DNA of 64,000 bases from Planctomycetota bacterium (GCA_016872775.1 VGZA01000026.1:11821-75820), one strand, 5' to 3'. Positions 20,348 to 29,666 are shown, numbered from the stretch's first letter. Notes: generated by a model not told the origin, from the sequence alone. A program made the numbers and translations.

Positions 20348-20758
20348 TCATTCCGAAAGCGGAATCGCTCGCAGCATCGAACTGCCTTCCTGTGTGGGAG
20401 CCAGCACCCGGTACCGGCGTCCAATCGCCAGCACAGGCCGACGCGCCGGGTCGGAGACGGCAGTGGGGAACTGCGACGTCGACCGCGAGTTGTCGGCGGG
20501 CAGGCGATGGGGCAATGCGTCGCAAGACTCCGAAGGCAACGCCGGCGACGTGCGATTCGCGATCGCGGCAAACGGTGGCGATTCGACCGAAGCCGTCGGG
20601 TCGGTTTGCTCCGCCTTCAATTCCGTCCGTTTCACGCGCACGTCCCGGGGAGCATCGATGCCAATTTGAACGGTGCGGGCGCTGATCTTGAGGACGGTAA
20701 TATGGATGTTGTCGCCGATCTGGATCTGTTCCTTCAGTTTCCGGGTGAGGATGAGCAT
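20348..20758 (-). CDS. csrA: CsrA/RsmA-family RNA-binding regulator with a ~85-aa C-terminal extension.
   Basis: The N-terminus MLILTRKLKEQIQIGDNIHITVLKISARTVQIGIDAPRDVRVKRTEL aligns to the CsrA core (MLILTRK..E.I.IGD.I.ITVL......V.IGI.AP..V.V.R.E). A low-complexity S/P/A-rich tail follows. Confidence 0.8.
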   Translation of the reverse strand: MLILTRKLKEQIQIGDNIHITVLKISARTVQIGIDAPRDVRVKRTELKAEQTDPTASVESPPFAAIANRTSPALPSESCDALPHRLPADNSRSTSQFPTAVSDPARRPVLAIGRRYRVLAPTQEGSSMLRAIPLSE

Positions 20759-21035
20759 GGTGGGACACTCCTTTGTGCGCTGGGGACGAGAAGCTGTTGA
20801 CGAGATGGAATCCGAGAATATGCAGGTCGTGTGCCAATCCCGTTAAGAGCTGGAAAATCGTGTTTTCCACGGAATTAGCCGGAATCTGGGTAAACGGTAG
20901 CGAAGAAGTGCCACCCGGGCATTGTACGGATTGCAAGAGTACTGCAATTCCTGCAATCGGGCCCACAGTGGAACCGTCCGTCGTGCGGGTTTTTTGAAAA
21001 GTGCGAAATCAGGAGCGGGCCGGCGGCCTGCGCAA

Positions 21036-21791
21036 TCAGCGGCGGCCTGGATTCCGGCGGTTCAATTCGTCGCGAATTCTGGCGGCAACTTCGTACTGTT
21101 CCGACGCGATCGCTTCCGCCAGTTGTTCCTGAAGCGTTTTGCCAACGTCATGCTTTTGCCGCAGCGTTTCACGCGTTTCGACCAGTCGGGCGACGAGCTC
21201 ATCATCTTCGTACTGATCGAGTGCTTCGTAGCGTTCGAACACGCTGCGCATTTTCTCCAGGCCTTCGCTGATTTCCTGGATTGCTTCCTCCGCGCCGCTG
21301 CGTTCGAGCGCCGCCATCGCTGCCGCCTGAGTGCGGTGGAAAAGTACAAAAGGGCGGTACTGTTCGTGGGTGATCGTCCATTGTTCGTCGGCGGAACGAT
21401 CACGGCAAAAATCCATCAGACCCAAGGTATGGTCGGCATCTTCAACCGCCTTGGAAAAATTCCCCAACGCCAGCCAGCAGACACGGCGATGATAGTATTG
21501 GACGAACTCGCGGTCCGCTTCTGCCGACTGCTCTTCGTTGAGCACAAAGTCGTCGCCCGCGTTCAGGGCCTCATGGATCAAATAGTCGTGATAGGTTTCG
21601 AAACCGTTCGGCCAGCTGCCGTCCGGGCGGCCCGTGGTTTCCAATTGCAGGATTCCCAGGTCGATCCGCATCTGGATGACGTCACGTTTGTCGGCGCCTA
21701 GTACCAGACGCACGCTGATTCCGGTCGGATCAAAGGGCCATTTGCGAAAGTGGTCGTCGAGATGTTCGGATTGGGATCTGCGGCGTGCCAT
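21036..21791 (-). CDS. Hypothetical protein with a C-terminal UVR-like motif.
   Basis: The ATG at 21791 gives MARRRSQSEHL.... The C-terminus LQEQLAEAIASEQYEVAARIRDEL resembles a UvrB/UvrC (UVR) helix. Confidence 0.45.
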   Translation of the reverse strand: MARRRSQSEHLDDHFRKWPFDPTGISVRLVLGADKRDVIQMRIDLGILQLETTGRPDGSWPNGFETYHDYLIHEALNAGDDFVLNEEQSAEADREFVQYYHRRVCWLALGNFSKAVEDADHTLGLMDFCRDRSADEQWTITHEQYRPFVLFHRTQAAAMAALERSGAEEAIQEISEGLEKMRSVFERYEALDQYEDDELVARLVETRETLRQKHDVGKTLQEQLAEAIASEQYEVAARIRDELNRRNPGRR

Positions 21792-21996
21792 TGCGGAACA
21801 TCGGTCCAGGGATGTAGGGAACCTCTCCAGCGAATTATAGCAGATGGCCCGCCGGAGCAAATTGCCGCCCCGCCGATAAACAGGCACGAACCGGTCGGAA
21901 CCGCTTGACTTTCATCGACGTGGGCTTCGTTGGGGCGCCGAATAGTCGTTATGATACTTCCCCGTGGAAGTTCGTCGATTCTTGAGGAGCAACAGC

Positions 21997-23775
21997 ATGT
22001 CGGTTTCGGAGCAGGAACGCGAGCAGCAGATGCGGCAGGCCGAGGAGATTCTGGGGGATGAAGCGCAAAAACGAAGCTTTGCCAAGGGACTTTTTTTTGG
22101 CGAATACTCGAACGACGAATTGTTGCCGTATCCCGATCGGGACCATGATGAGCTTACCGACCAGCTTGTGGAACGTCTGCGCGACTTTTGTCGCACGGAA
22201 GTTGATCCGCAACGGATCGATCGACAGGCGGAGATTCCCGCGACGGTCGTATCGGGCTTGGGGAAACTGGGCATCCTTGGCGCCTGTTTGCCTCGTTCAT
22301 GCGGTGGAATGGAGCTGTCGCAGGCGTCGTATTGCCGGCTGCTGGAGGTGCTTGGCGCCCATTGCGGCAGCACGGCGCTGTTTGTGAACGCGCATCATTC
22401 CATTGGACCGCGCGCGGTGGTGCTGTTCGGAAGCCAGGACCAGAAGCAACGCTGGTTGCCGAAGATGGCGACCGGCGAATGGATCAGTGCATTCGCGCTG
22501 ACGGAGCCGGAAGCGGGGAGTGACGCCGCCAATGTGCAGACCACGGCGACGCCGGCCGACGACGGCCAGTCGTTCCGGATCAACGGGCAGAAACGCTGGA
22601 TCACCAACGGCGGGATCGCCGACGTGCTGACCGTGATGGCGCGCACGCCGGTTTCTGGTGGCAAGGAAACCAAGATCACCGCGTTCATTGTCACTCCCGA
22701 CATGCCGGGCTTCACGGTGCTGGAAAAACGCATGGAGAAATGCGGAGTGCGGGGCACCGCCACCAGTCGACTCGAATTTCGCGACATGCCGGTTCCCCGC
22801 GCCAACATTCTGGGGCAGCCGGGGAAGGGCCTGCGCGTGGCGCTGACGGTCCTTGATTTTGGTCGCACGACATTCGGCGCCAGTTGCACGGGTACCGCCA
22901 AGCGTTGTCTGGAACTTGCCTGCGCGCATGCCCGGAGCCGTGTACAATTCCAGCATCCGCTGGCTGATTTTGAACTGGTGAAGGAAAAGATTGCCTGGAT
23001 GGCGGCAGGCGCGTTTGCCATGGAAGCCTGCACCTACCAGACGGCCGCGCTTATCGATTCCGGCGCCGGCGATTTCATGCTCGAAACGGCCATGCTCAAG
23101 GTCTTCTCCACCGAAGTCCTTTGGCGGATCATCAACGACACGTTTCAGATTTACGGAGGCAAAGCCTATTTCACTGACGAGCCGCTGGAGCGAATGCTGC
23201 GCGATGCGCGGATCAACATGATTGGCGAAGGCGCGAATGATGTCTTGCGCGCATTTACGGCCCTGGTCGGCATGCGGGATGTCGGGAAGGAACTCGAAGG
23301 GATCCTGCACGGGATTCAGAACCCGTTGGCCAACTTGATCCCGTTATTCCAATTTGCCGGCAGGAAGCTCGGTTCCCTGGTTACGGCACCGTTGGTGCGG
23401 GTGCGAAACGCCGAACTGGAACCGGACGCTTCGTCGCTCGCCTGGCTGGTCCGGGCGCTCGGCATGAACGTCGAGCGGCTTTTGCGCACCTATCAGCTCG
23501 AGATTCTGGAACGCCAGTATCAACTCGGACGTGCGGCGGACGCTGCCACCGAGATCTACGTTTCCGCCTGCGTGCTCAATCGAATGGACCAGTTGCTTCG
23601 CGATCATCACCTGACCGATGTCGCCCGGAATACGGCGTTGGAAACCGGGCGCTACTATCTGCGGACCGCTCGGCGGCGCATCGAACGCGGGTTCCGCGAA
23701 ATGTGGTCCAATGACGACCAGCCGACGACATCCCTTGCCAACCGTATTCTCAAATTCGGTCTGGCGGGTTTTTAG
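21997..23775 (+). CDS. Acyl-CoA dehydrogenase family protein (long form).
   Basis: The ATG follows GAGGAG. ACAD motifs GGMELSQASYCRLLEVLG, FALTEPEAGSDAANVQTTA, QKRWITNGGIADV and IYGGKAYFTDEPLERMLRDARI are present. Confidence 0.85.
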   Translation: MSVSEQEREQQMRQAEEILGDEAQKRSFAKGLFFGEYSNDELLPYPDRDHDELTDQLVERLRDFCRTEVDPQRIDRQAEIPATVVSGLGKLGILGACLPRSCGGMELSQASYCRLLEVLGAHCGSTALFVNAHHSIGPRAVVLFGSQDQKQRWLPKMATGEWISAFALTEPEAGSDAANVQTTATPADDGQSFRINGQKRWITNGGIADVLTVMARTPVSGGKETKITAFIVTPDMPGFTVLEKRMEKCGVRGTATSRLEFRDMPVPRANILGQPGKGLRVALTVLDFGRTTFGASCTGTAKRCLELACAHARSRVQFQHPLADFELVKEKIAWMAAGAFAMEACTYQTAALIDSGAGDFMLETAMLKVFSTEVLWRIINDTFQIYGGKAYFTDEPLERMLRDARINMIGEGANDVLRAFTALVGMRDVGKELEGILHGIQNPLANLIPLFQFAGRKLGSLVTAPLVRVRNAELEPDASSLAWLVRALGMNVERLLRTYQLEILERQYQLGRAADAATEIYVSACVLNRMDQLLRDHHLTDVARNTALETGRYYLRTARRRIERGFREMWSNDDQPTTSLANRILKFGLAGF

Positions 23776-24122
23776 CGGCTCTGCACGACAAAACGCGGAG
23801 TTTCCAGGAACTGGATTTCATGGTCCGGCGTTGTCCCAGCCGTGGGAAACGTCGGGCAGTTGTCGGCCGCCGGCCGTCCCGTGGACGTTCCCGCGATCGG
23901 AGTTGGCGCAACCCCGCGGAAAGCACTGCGCAGGTCCCAGAACATGAGCCCGGCCACCGCCCACGGCCAGACCAGCGATTCGGGAAAGTGCTGTCGGGCC
24001 ACCAGGATGGTCCAGGGAAGGGCCAGGAAAGCGCCCCAACCGGCGAAATAGGCCCAAGCCTTCCAATGGACCGGCCAGGGAAATCGTGGAGCGGCCGAAA
24101 ACCAGGTGCGCTGCGCGATCAT
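23772..24122 (-). CDS. Small hypothetical membrane protein (2 predicted TM helices).
   Basis: MIAQRTWFSAAPRFPWPVHWKAWAYFAGWGAFLALPWTILV... overlaps the ACAD stop tail-to-tail by 4 nt. Confidence 0.3.
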   Translation of the reverse strand: MIAQRTWFSAAPRFPWPVHWKAWAYFAGWGAFLALPWTILVARQHFPESLVWPWAVAGLMFWDLRSAFRGVAPTPIAGTSTGRPAADNCPTFPTAGTTPDHEIQFLETPRFVVQSR

Positions 24123-24280
24123 CGTGAATCCTCCGAGTCGTTGTGCGTTCTGACCCAACCTCCTGTTCGGCAACCGAAGCCACATATTCGAAACGACGGG
24201 GTGAATCGACGCAAAAAAACAATAAACGGTGGCGTTCCCCCGATCGTGGAGGGCAACCCAGGTTATGGCAATGACCCGAG

Positions 24281-25693
24281 TTATCCGATCTTCAGCTGAT
24301 CTTCCACCCGTCGCAGCGCATCTTCGACGGGGCAGTGATGCTGGTCGAGTCGGATCGTACATTGCTCGGCGACGAGCTGGTCGACTTTACGTTGGGCGGC
24401 GAGCACGCTGGTGTGGCTGCGCTGGCCGAAGAACTGGCCTATTTCGCTGAGTGCCGCTCGCGTGTGCTTGCGCGCCAACCACATTGCCAGCATCCGCGGG
24501 TGGCTTACCGCCCGCGCTTTGCCACCGGTCTGCAGCGTGCGCGCATCCATGCCGAATACCGTGCAGATCGCCCGCTGAATGTCGGCGAGCCGCACGATCC
24601 GTTTGGTGGCTCGGAAAAGGTCGGCCAGACAGGATCGGGCAAATTCGACGTCGATCGGTCGCTCCAGTGCCGTGCTGCCCGCGTGGATCCGATGCAGCGC
24701 GCCACTCAGCTGCCGCGCGTCCCCGAGCAGTTCCGTCGCGATCAAGGTCAGGACGTCGGAGCTGAGATTCATTCCGCGGCGTTGGGCAAGCTGGGTGACG
24801 ATTGCCAGTCGGGTCTCGAACTCCGCCGGCTGAATTCCACAGACCAAGCCACTTGCCATGCGTGTGATGATCTCGGCGCCCAGGCCGAACAGTTCGGCAG
24901 GCGGTCGATCCGCGGTAAGGACGATCTGGCTTCCGGATCGCTGCAGCATGTCGAGTGTATGTTGGAATTCGACCAGCGTCGCTTTCTTGCCGACGAGAAA
25001 CTGCACATCGTCGATCGCCAGCACGTCGGCATCGCGGCATTTGCGACGGAAGCTCGGCAAGCCACTGTCCTGCAATGCCTCGAGAAACTGGCTGGTGAAC
25101 TGTTCCGACGAAAGATAGACCGCGCGGCGCATTCCTCGGCTTCGCACCGCTTGCACAATCGCCTCGGCAAGGTGGGTCTTTCCACAGCCGGAAGGGCCGA
25201 ACAGGAACAGGGGTGAAACGATGCCGGGCCGCGCCAGCGCGGATTGCGCGGCGGCGTGCGCGACGCGATTATGATCGCCCAGGACAAACTCTTCTAACGT
25301 GGCAAGTCGCCGTCGTCCGCCGGGCACTCCCGCTTGTGGACTGGTCGCCGGTTTGAACGGAAACGTCTGCTGTTTGAGTTGCCCGCGGGGCTCACTGGAC
25401 TCTAGCGGAGACGACAACGGTAACGCCGGCGATGGCAGGAGCGACACGGGCTGCTTCGGGGCGCCAACCACGAATTGGACTTCGACCGACTCGCCGACGA
25501 CCGACCGCACGGCGGTTCGGATCTCCGCCGACAGTTTCGCCCGCAGGCGCTCCCGGGAAAATGCGTCCTGGGCGACTACCGACACGGTGCCCTCCGACAG
25601 TTCGAAGTGCACGTGGTCGCCGAACCACAGTTCGTATCGTTCTTTTCCGACCTTGTCGATCAACTGCTCGCGCAGTCTCGACACGATCTCCAT
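24281..25693 (-). CDS. dnaA: Chromosomal replication initiator DnaA.
   Basis: AAA+ motifs (PLFLFGPSGCGKTHL, VLAIDDVQFL) and the C-terminal DNA-binding domain (SHPRMLAMWLARKHTRAALSEIGQFFG.RSHTSVL) are present. Start chosen at MEIVSRL (25693). The ORF is open up to 25810. Confidence 0.9.
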   Translation of the reverse strand: MEIVSRLREQLIDKVGKERYELWFGDHVHFELSEGTVSVVAQDAFSRERLRAKLSAEIRTAVRSVVGESVEVQFVVGAPKQPVSLLPSPALPLSSPLESSEPRGQLKQQTFPFKPATSPQAGVPGGRRRLATLEEFVLGDHNRVAHAAAQSALARPGIVSPLFLFGPSGCGKTHLAEAIVQAVRSRGMRRAVYLSSEQFTSQFLEALQDSGLPSFRRKCRDADVLAIDDVQFLVGKKATLVEFQHTLDMLQRSGSQIVLTADRPPAELFGLGAEIITRMASGLVCGIQPAEFETRLAIVTQLAQRRGMNLSSDVLTLIATELLGDARQLSGALHRIHAGSTALERPIDVEFARSCLADLFRATKRIVRLADIQRAICTVFGMDARTLQTGGKARAVSHPRMLAMWLARKHTRAALSEIGQFFGQRSHTSVLAAQRKVDQLVAEQCTIRLDQHHCPVEDALRRVEDQLKIG

Positions 25694-26250
25694 ATCGTCC
25701 TTGGCCACGTTCCGACGTATCCCCTGCGCGCACCACATCGTTCGTCCCGCTAACCACCAAGATCCTCGCGAGCATAAAAACACGCGCGTGATGGAGGAAG
25801 GATGTGGCACATTCCGTTAAAGGAAAGCTGGCATCGACCGTCCGTCGCATCCAGCCGAAGGTACTTTACGAAACCGATTCCCTTCAAGCCGGCAAGCCGA
25901 AAACTCCCCGGCCCACAAGCCGGAATTTTTCGCCCCGCTGGCTGAAGCGGAGCCCGATTTTAGTGATGCTAGCACCTCTGTCAAACCTCCTTACGACCCG
26001 CGGCCGAACTTTTTTCGCCGTCGCCTGAATTCGCGAACATTTCTCCGTAAAACTCGGTACGACACACCGGGACATTCCCGGTGTGAATTTTGGCGCGCCG
26101 GTGGAAAAGCTGTCGGCCAAACAGCGTGCCACGTACTGGAATTTTCTGCCGGCGAAATCCGAGACCGCGGCTCGCCTTCGGAACCGCTTACCTTTTCAGG
26201 ACTTTGATGAAAATCCGGCGCCGTACCCACTTGCGGAACCCCTGCCGCTG

Positions 26251-26719
26251 TTAGACCTGCAATGCCGGCTGATTCCGTGTGTCGACCGCCAGGGACATCG
26301 CCCGGCCACCGTGCCGGGACGCATACGATTGCGCGAAGATGACCATCCATTTTCCCAGGCCCGCAACCGCGCGATTCGGGCGCGATTCCCATATAGATCA
26401 GTCCCCATTGATGCGATTCATGTTCCCCCAGTAAGAGACACCCCACAGGGCGATCCTGATAACGCAGCAGGTGCCAGTGCCGATCGCCGCTGACGCCGGT
26501 TGGCCGATACCCCAGCAGAATGTCGTCGATTGCTCGAACACCATCGATCTCGGGACAATCGAGCGATCCCTGATACGTTTTCAAAATCATTTCGCGCACG
26601 CCGAATTGGCGGTCATCCGCCATCGCGATCAGCCGAACCTCGTCGGGTAACGGGCGGGCAGCTGCCGCTAATTGATCGTTAACAAGAAAGGCGACTTCAC
26701 CAACGCGAAAATACTGCAT
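26251..26719 (-). pseudogene. GNAT-family N-acetyltransferase with a probable single-base frameshift near 26340.
   Basis: The frame from the ATG at 26719 reads MQYFRVGEVAFLV...LIYMGIAPESRGCG, the start of GNAT motif A. The rest of the fold (GLGKWMVIFAQSYASRHGGRAMSLAVDTRNQPALQV*) is only in the +1 frame and ends at TAA 26251..26253. The track ORF 25991..26767 runs on into an R/P/S-rich non-protein-like tail. Confidence 0.5.
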
Positions 26720-26741
26720 TGCCCCCAGAATCGGCTCGGGA

Positions 26742-27023
26742 TCAAGCTGCCCGCCAGGCTCGACCAATCACCTGCAGCACGTTGCATCCACGCGCTACGA
26801 GGAATCGCTCGAGCTGTTGGTAGAACATTGTCGCCGCTTCCGCGCCAAGCTCAGCGTCGACGCCCGCGGGATAGACGACTCCGATCTTTCCGGGTGCAGG
26901 ATATCCATAGATGGCCCCCCGGCAGACCCCCGAATCGGAAACGATGCCACGATCCGTTCCGATCGAAAACAGTTCCAGGAGTCCTCCGTCATCAAGTTCG
27001 CCGCTCCGCAGCCGTTGAAGCAC
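26742..27023 (-). CDS. Hypothetical 93-aa ORF (GTG start) immediately after an in-frame TAG that ends a 42-aa ORF (27150..27024).
   Basis: ...ALESEGLQE-TAG-VLQRLRSGELDDGGLLELFSIGTDRGIVS...YGYPAPGKIGVVYPAGVDAE... is read in one continuous frame on the minus strand. Composition is protein-like and function is unknown. Confidence 0.3.
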   Translation of the reverse strand: MLQRLRSGELDDGGLLELFSIGTDRGIVSDSGVCRGAIYGYPAPGKIGVVYPAGVDAELGAEAATMFYQQLERFLVARGCNVLQVIGRAWRAA

Positions 27024-27273
27024 CTATTCCTGCAATCCTTCGCTTTCCAGGGCGGAAGCGGATGCGAAAACTCGCCGCAGTGCCGCCAGCCGCCGTGCCG
27101 GCGCGACATGCCGTACTTCGAAATCAATCTGGCCAGCCGGATCGGACATGCAGTTGAAGATAACCCAGGTCGCTGGAACTGGCAGCCGGGCACAGCGATT
27201 GTCTATAATGATTTTGCGATTGCTCGTTTGCTGCCGCTGTCGTGCAACCATGGAGAACCAGGAGGGCCTTACG

Positions 27274-28305
27274 ATGACCAGGGTAGGACGGATTCTTGTT
27301 GTGACAATCGGTTTCGCATTCTTCTCTCCCGAGTCCGTGCGTGGCCAGTCTTTGCTGGAACGGTTGGAAAAGCGGCTGCAGTCGATTGGCGACGAGTTCA
27401 AAGAACCGCTCCGCGGTTCGGCGGGCGACGGTGAGCCGGCGGAGGACCTCGGGCGACCGGCGGACGGGCGGCCCGGTGCGTTGGGCTTGGTGGTCACCGA
27501 CGATCCGGACAGCGATCAGTTGCGCGTCGTTTCGGTTCGTGCCGGCAGTCCGGCGGAAAGAGCGGGATTCGAAGTGGACGACATCATCACTTCGATTGGC
27601 GGTCGCGGCATCCGCACTGCCGAAGAGATGGCCGAAGCGCTCTCGGAAGGCGGACGCGGCGAAAATATCCGGTTCGACGTGCTGCGTGATGGCGACCCCT
27701 TACGCCTGACGGTGATCTGGGGGACTCGTGAACTGCCTGCGAGCGCTCCGCGGATCGCTGTCTCCGAACGCCCATCGCTCGGTATTACCGTGAGACCGGT
27801 CACGGACGACGCTCGGGCTCGCTATGGACTCACCGTTCGACGCGGCGCCTTGATCTCAACCGTGAAGAGTGGAGGTGCCGCCGCCAAATACGGACTACCG
27901 GTCGGCGGGGTCATCGTGACGTTCAACGGGCAACCGATTGAAACGCCTCAGCAGCTCATCGCCGCGGTTCACGGCGCGCAGGTCGGCGAGGAAGTCGAGC
28001 TACGTTATTACCAAGGCGCCGAACTGCATCGGAAGCGCGTTCCGCTGGCGCCCGAGTTGGAACCGACGTCGCCGAACATGAACCGCAATCGGTCCGATGT
28101 CCCCCCCGCAGCGCGCCGCCGCGAAACGCTCGGCACCGAACTGCCGGCGGTTCGGCGCCTGGAAGAACTGCTGGAACGCACGCTGTCGCCCGCGGAACAG
28201 GCCGGCGCGACGCGTCTGGCCGACGAAGTGCAGATGCTGCGGCAGGAAGTCGAGGCCTTAAAGCGGCAGGTTGAGGAATTGACGCGCAAACTCGAGAATC
28301 GATAG
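27274..28305 (+). CDS. Secreted tandem-PDZ domain protein with a C-terminal coiled coil.
   Basis: The ATG follows GGAGGG. The signal peptide is MTRVGRILVVTIGFAFFSPESVRG. Two PDZ-like segments are present (GLVVTDD...GSPAERAGFEVDDIITSIGG and GITVRPVT...GGAAAKYGLPVGGVIVTFNGQPIETPQQL). The C-terminus LRQEVEALKRQVEELTRKLE is a coiled coil. Confidence 0.7.
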   Translation: MTRVGRILVVTIGFAFFSPESVRGQSLLERLEKRLQSIGDEFKEPLRGSAGDGEPAEDLGRPADGRPGALGLVVTDDPDSDQLRVVSVRAGSPAERAGFEVDDIITSIGGRGIRTAEEMAEALSEGGRGENIRFDVLRDGDPLRLTVIWGTRELPASAPRIAVSERPSLGITVRPVTDDARARYGLTVRRGALISTVKSGGAAAKYGLPVGGVIVTFNGQPIETPQQLIAAVHGAQVGEEVELRYYQGAELHRKRVPLAPELEPTSPNMNRNRSDVPPAARRRETLGTELPAVRRLEELLERTLSPAEQAGATRLADEVQMLRQEVEALKRQVEELTRKLENR

Positions 28306-28366
28306 CGTGGCAGGTCGGCCCGGCGTCTTTCCTGCTGTCTGAGGCATTCTGCCTCTGCTGCGGCTT

Positions 28367-28385
28367 CTGGGGCTGGAAGCCCCAG
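28367..28385. terminator. GC-rich hairpin CTGGGGCT-GGA-AGCCCCAG between convergent genes, followed by CCACG as at 10943.
   Basis: The inverted repeat is read directly. No U-tract follows. Confidence 0.35.
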
Positions 28386-28416
28386 CCACGAGCAACGAAT
28401 GACTGGCGCAGGTCTA

Positions 28417-29499
28417 TCAGAATCGCGCGTTGGCCTTGTCGTGGTCCAGGACCTCCTGGAATTCTTTGCTCAGCGAATAGTACGCTCGTGGACGATTAAT
28501 CTCCAGCATCACCTCGATGCGATGGTGCGGATCGTTTGCGCGCACGACCGGTGCGAAGGTCAAGCGCAGGACACTGCGAGGTTTGCCATTCCAGCTCACC
28601 ATGTACAATCCGGCTCCCAGCGTCGGAATCGTTTTCATTCCGAACAGCTCGGTCGCCAGTTCCACCAGCCGATGTTCGTCGCCGGTGTAGCCTTGGAACG
28701 TGATCCGCTGCACAACTTTTTTTTGGTCGAAGTAGTAGGTCAGCGCTCCGGAAAGGTCATCGGGGTCTTTGCCCGTGACCAGCGGCACGCGCAGGCCTTC
28801 GAGTGCCGGCTCCGCCAGCACGGTTGTGACCCGCGGCCAGCGCGCGAAGATCGCTTTGGGGTGCAGGTCGAACCGGAACACCTCGTGCAGTTCCTGGAAC
28901 GATGGGCCTTCGATTCCCGGTTCAAAATCATCCGGCCTCGCCGAGCCGTTCGAAAGTGAATTGGAATTCGTCGCGGGCGTGGAACCGCTGCGCGAATCCC
29001 CGGAAATACTGTTCGTCCCGCGCGGTTCGTTGGCGTTGCCGATCAGCCAGCTGCCAGCCTTGTTGCTTGCGGAACTGCCCGCCGAGTTGCCCAGGGAATT
29101 GCTTCCGGTACCGCTCGTCGAACTACTTGCCGATCCGCCACCCGAACCTCCGGCGGTGCCGCCTGCCGTATTCGACGAACCACCGTACTGGCTGGAGGAA
29201 CTGCCGGGCGTAGGCGTATTTGTCCAGGACGGACTGTTACCGGTTCCTTGATTCGAGCTGTTCGTGGACCCCGAGCCTCCTCCGCTGGTACTACCGCTGT
29301 AGCCGCTGCTGTTATTGCCACCGTTGTTGTTCGTGTTGGAATTGGATGGGTAAGTTTGCAGTGGAGGCGAAGCACTGTTGGTGGAAACGGGGATGGAGCG
29401 GATCCAATCGCGCCATTGAGCGATCCATTGTTCCTGCGCCAGGCCAAAAGGAACGAAGCCGGCCAGGGCCAAGAGCGTCAGAAGTTTCCAGGCGCGCAT
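28417..29499 (-). CDS. Secreted protein with a ~150-aa S/G/N/T-rich low-complexity linker and a conserved C-terminal domain.
   Basis: The signal peptide MRAWKLLTLLALAGFVPFGLAQE is followed by NSSGYSGSTSGGGSGSTNSSNQG... repeats. The C-terminal domain reads ...FRFDLHPKAIFARWPRVTTVLAEPALEGLRVPL.... Confidence 0.6.
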   Translation of the reverse strand: MRAWKLLTLLALAGFVPFGLAQEQWIAQWRDWIRSIPVSTNSASPPLQTYPSNSNTNNNGGNNSSGYSGSTSGGGSGSTNSSNQGTGNSPSWTNTPTPGSSSSQYGGSSNTAGGTAGGSGGGSASSSTSGTGSNSLGNSAGSSASNKAGSWLIGNANEPRGTNSISGDSRSGSTPATNSNSLSNGSARPDDFEPGIEGPSFQELHEVFRFDLHPKAIFARWPRVTTVLAEPALEGLRVPLVTGKDPDDLSGALTYYFDQKKVVQRITFQGYTGDEHRLVELATELFGMKTIPTLGAGLYMVSWNGKPRSVLRLTFAPVVRANDPHHRIEVMLEINRPRAYYSLSKEFQEVLDHDKANARF

Positions 29500-29666
29500 G
29501 ATTCAGAGGCCTAAGGATGGGGAACGGGGTTCGGTTTTAAGTGGGATCGGCAGATTTCTGGGTTGGAGTTCGCTGAGAAGCGGCTGTCCAGATCAATCGC
29601 TGGATTCGATGTGACCGGGTTGGAGAATGGGAAGGGTCGATCGGTACGGTCGTGCGAAGGCCTATT

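Noticed and set aside
19441-20571. 376-aa minus-strand ORF across the rplS-yraN gap.
   Set aside because: It has no motif and a low-complexity R/S/P composition. It overlaps the YraN and L19 coding regions and the hairpin-rich noncoding stretch.
25694-26250. Looked for canonical DnaA boxes (TTATCCACA / TGTGGATAA) upstream of dnaA.
   Set aside because: Only a weak 6/9 match (TGTGGCACA at ~25804) was seen. The candidate origin is instead supported by a different repeated motif.
27021-27026. TAG as pyrrolysine or programmed read-through.
   Set aside because: No Pyl machinery or recoding context was seen. A stop between two small genes or a point change is simpler.
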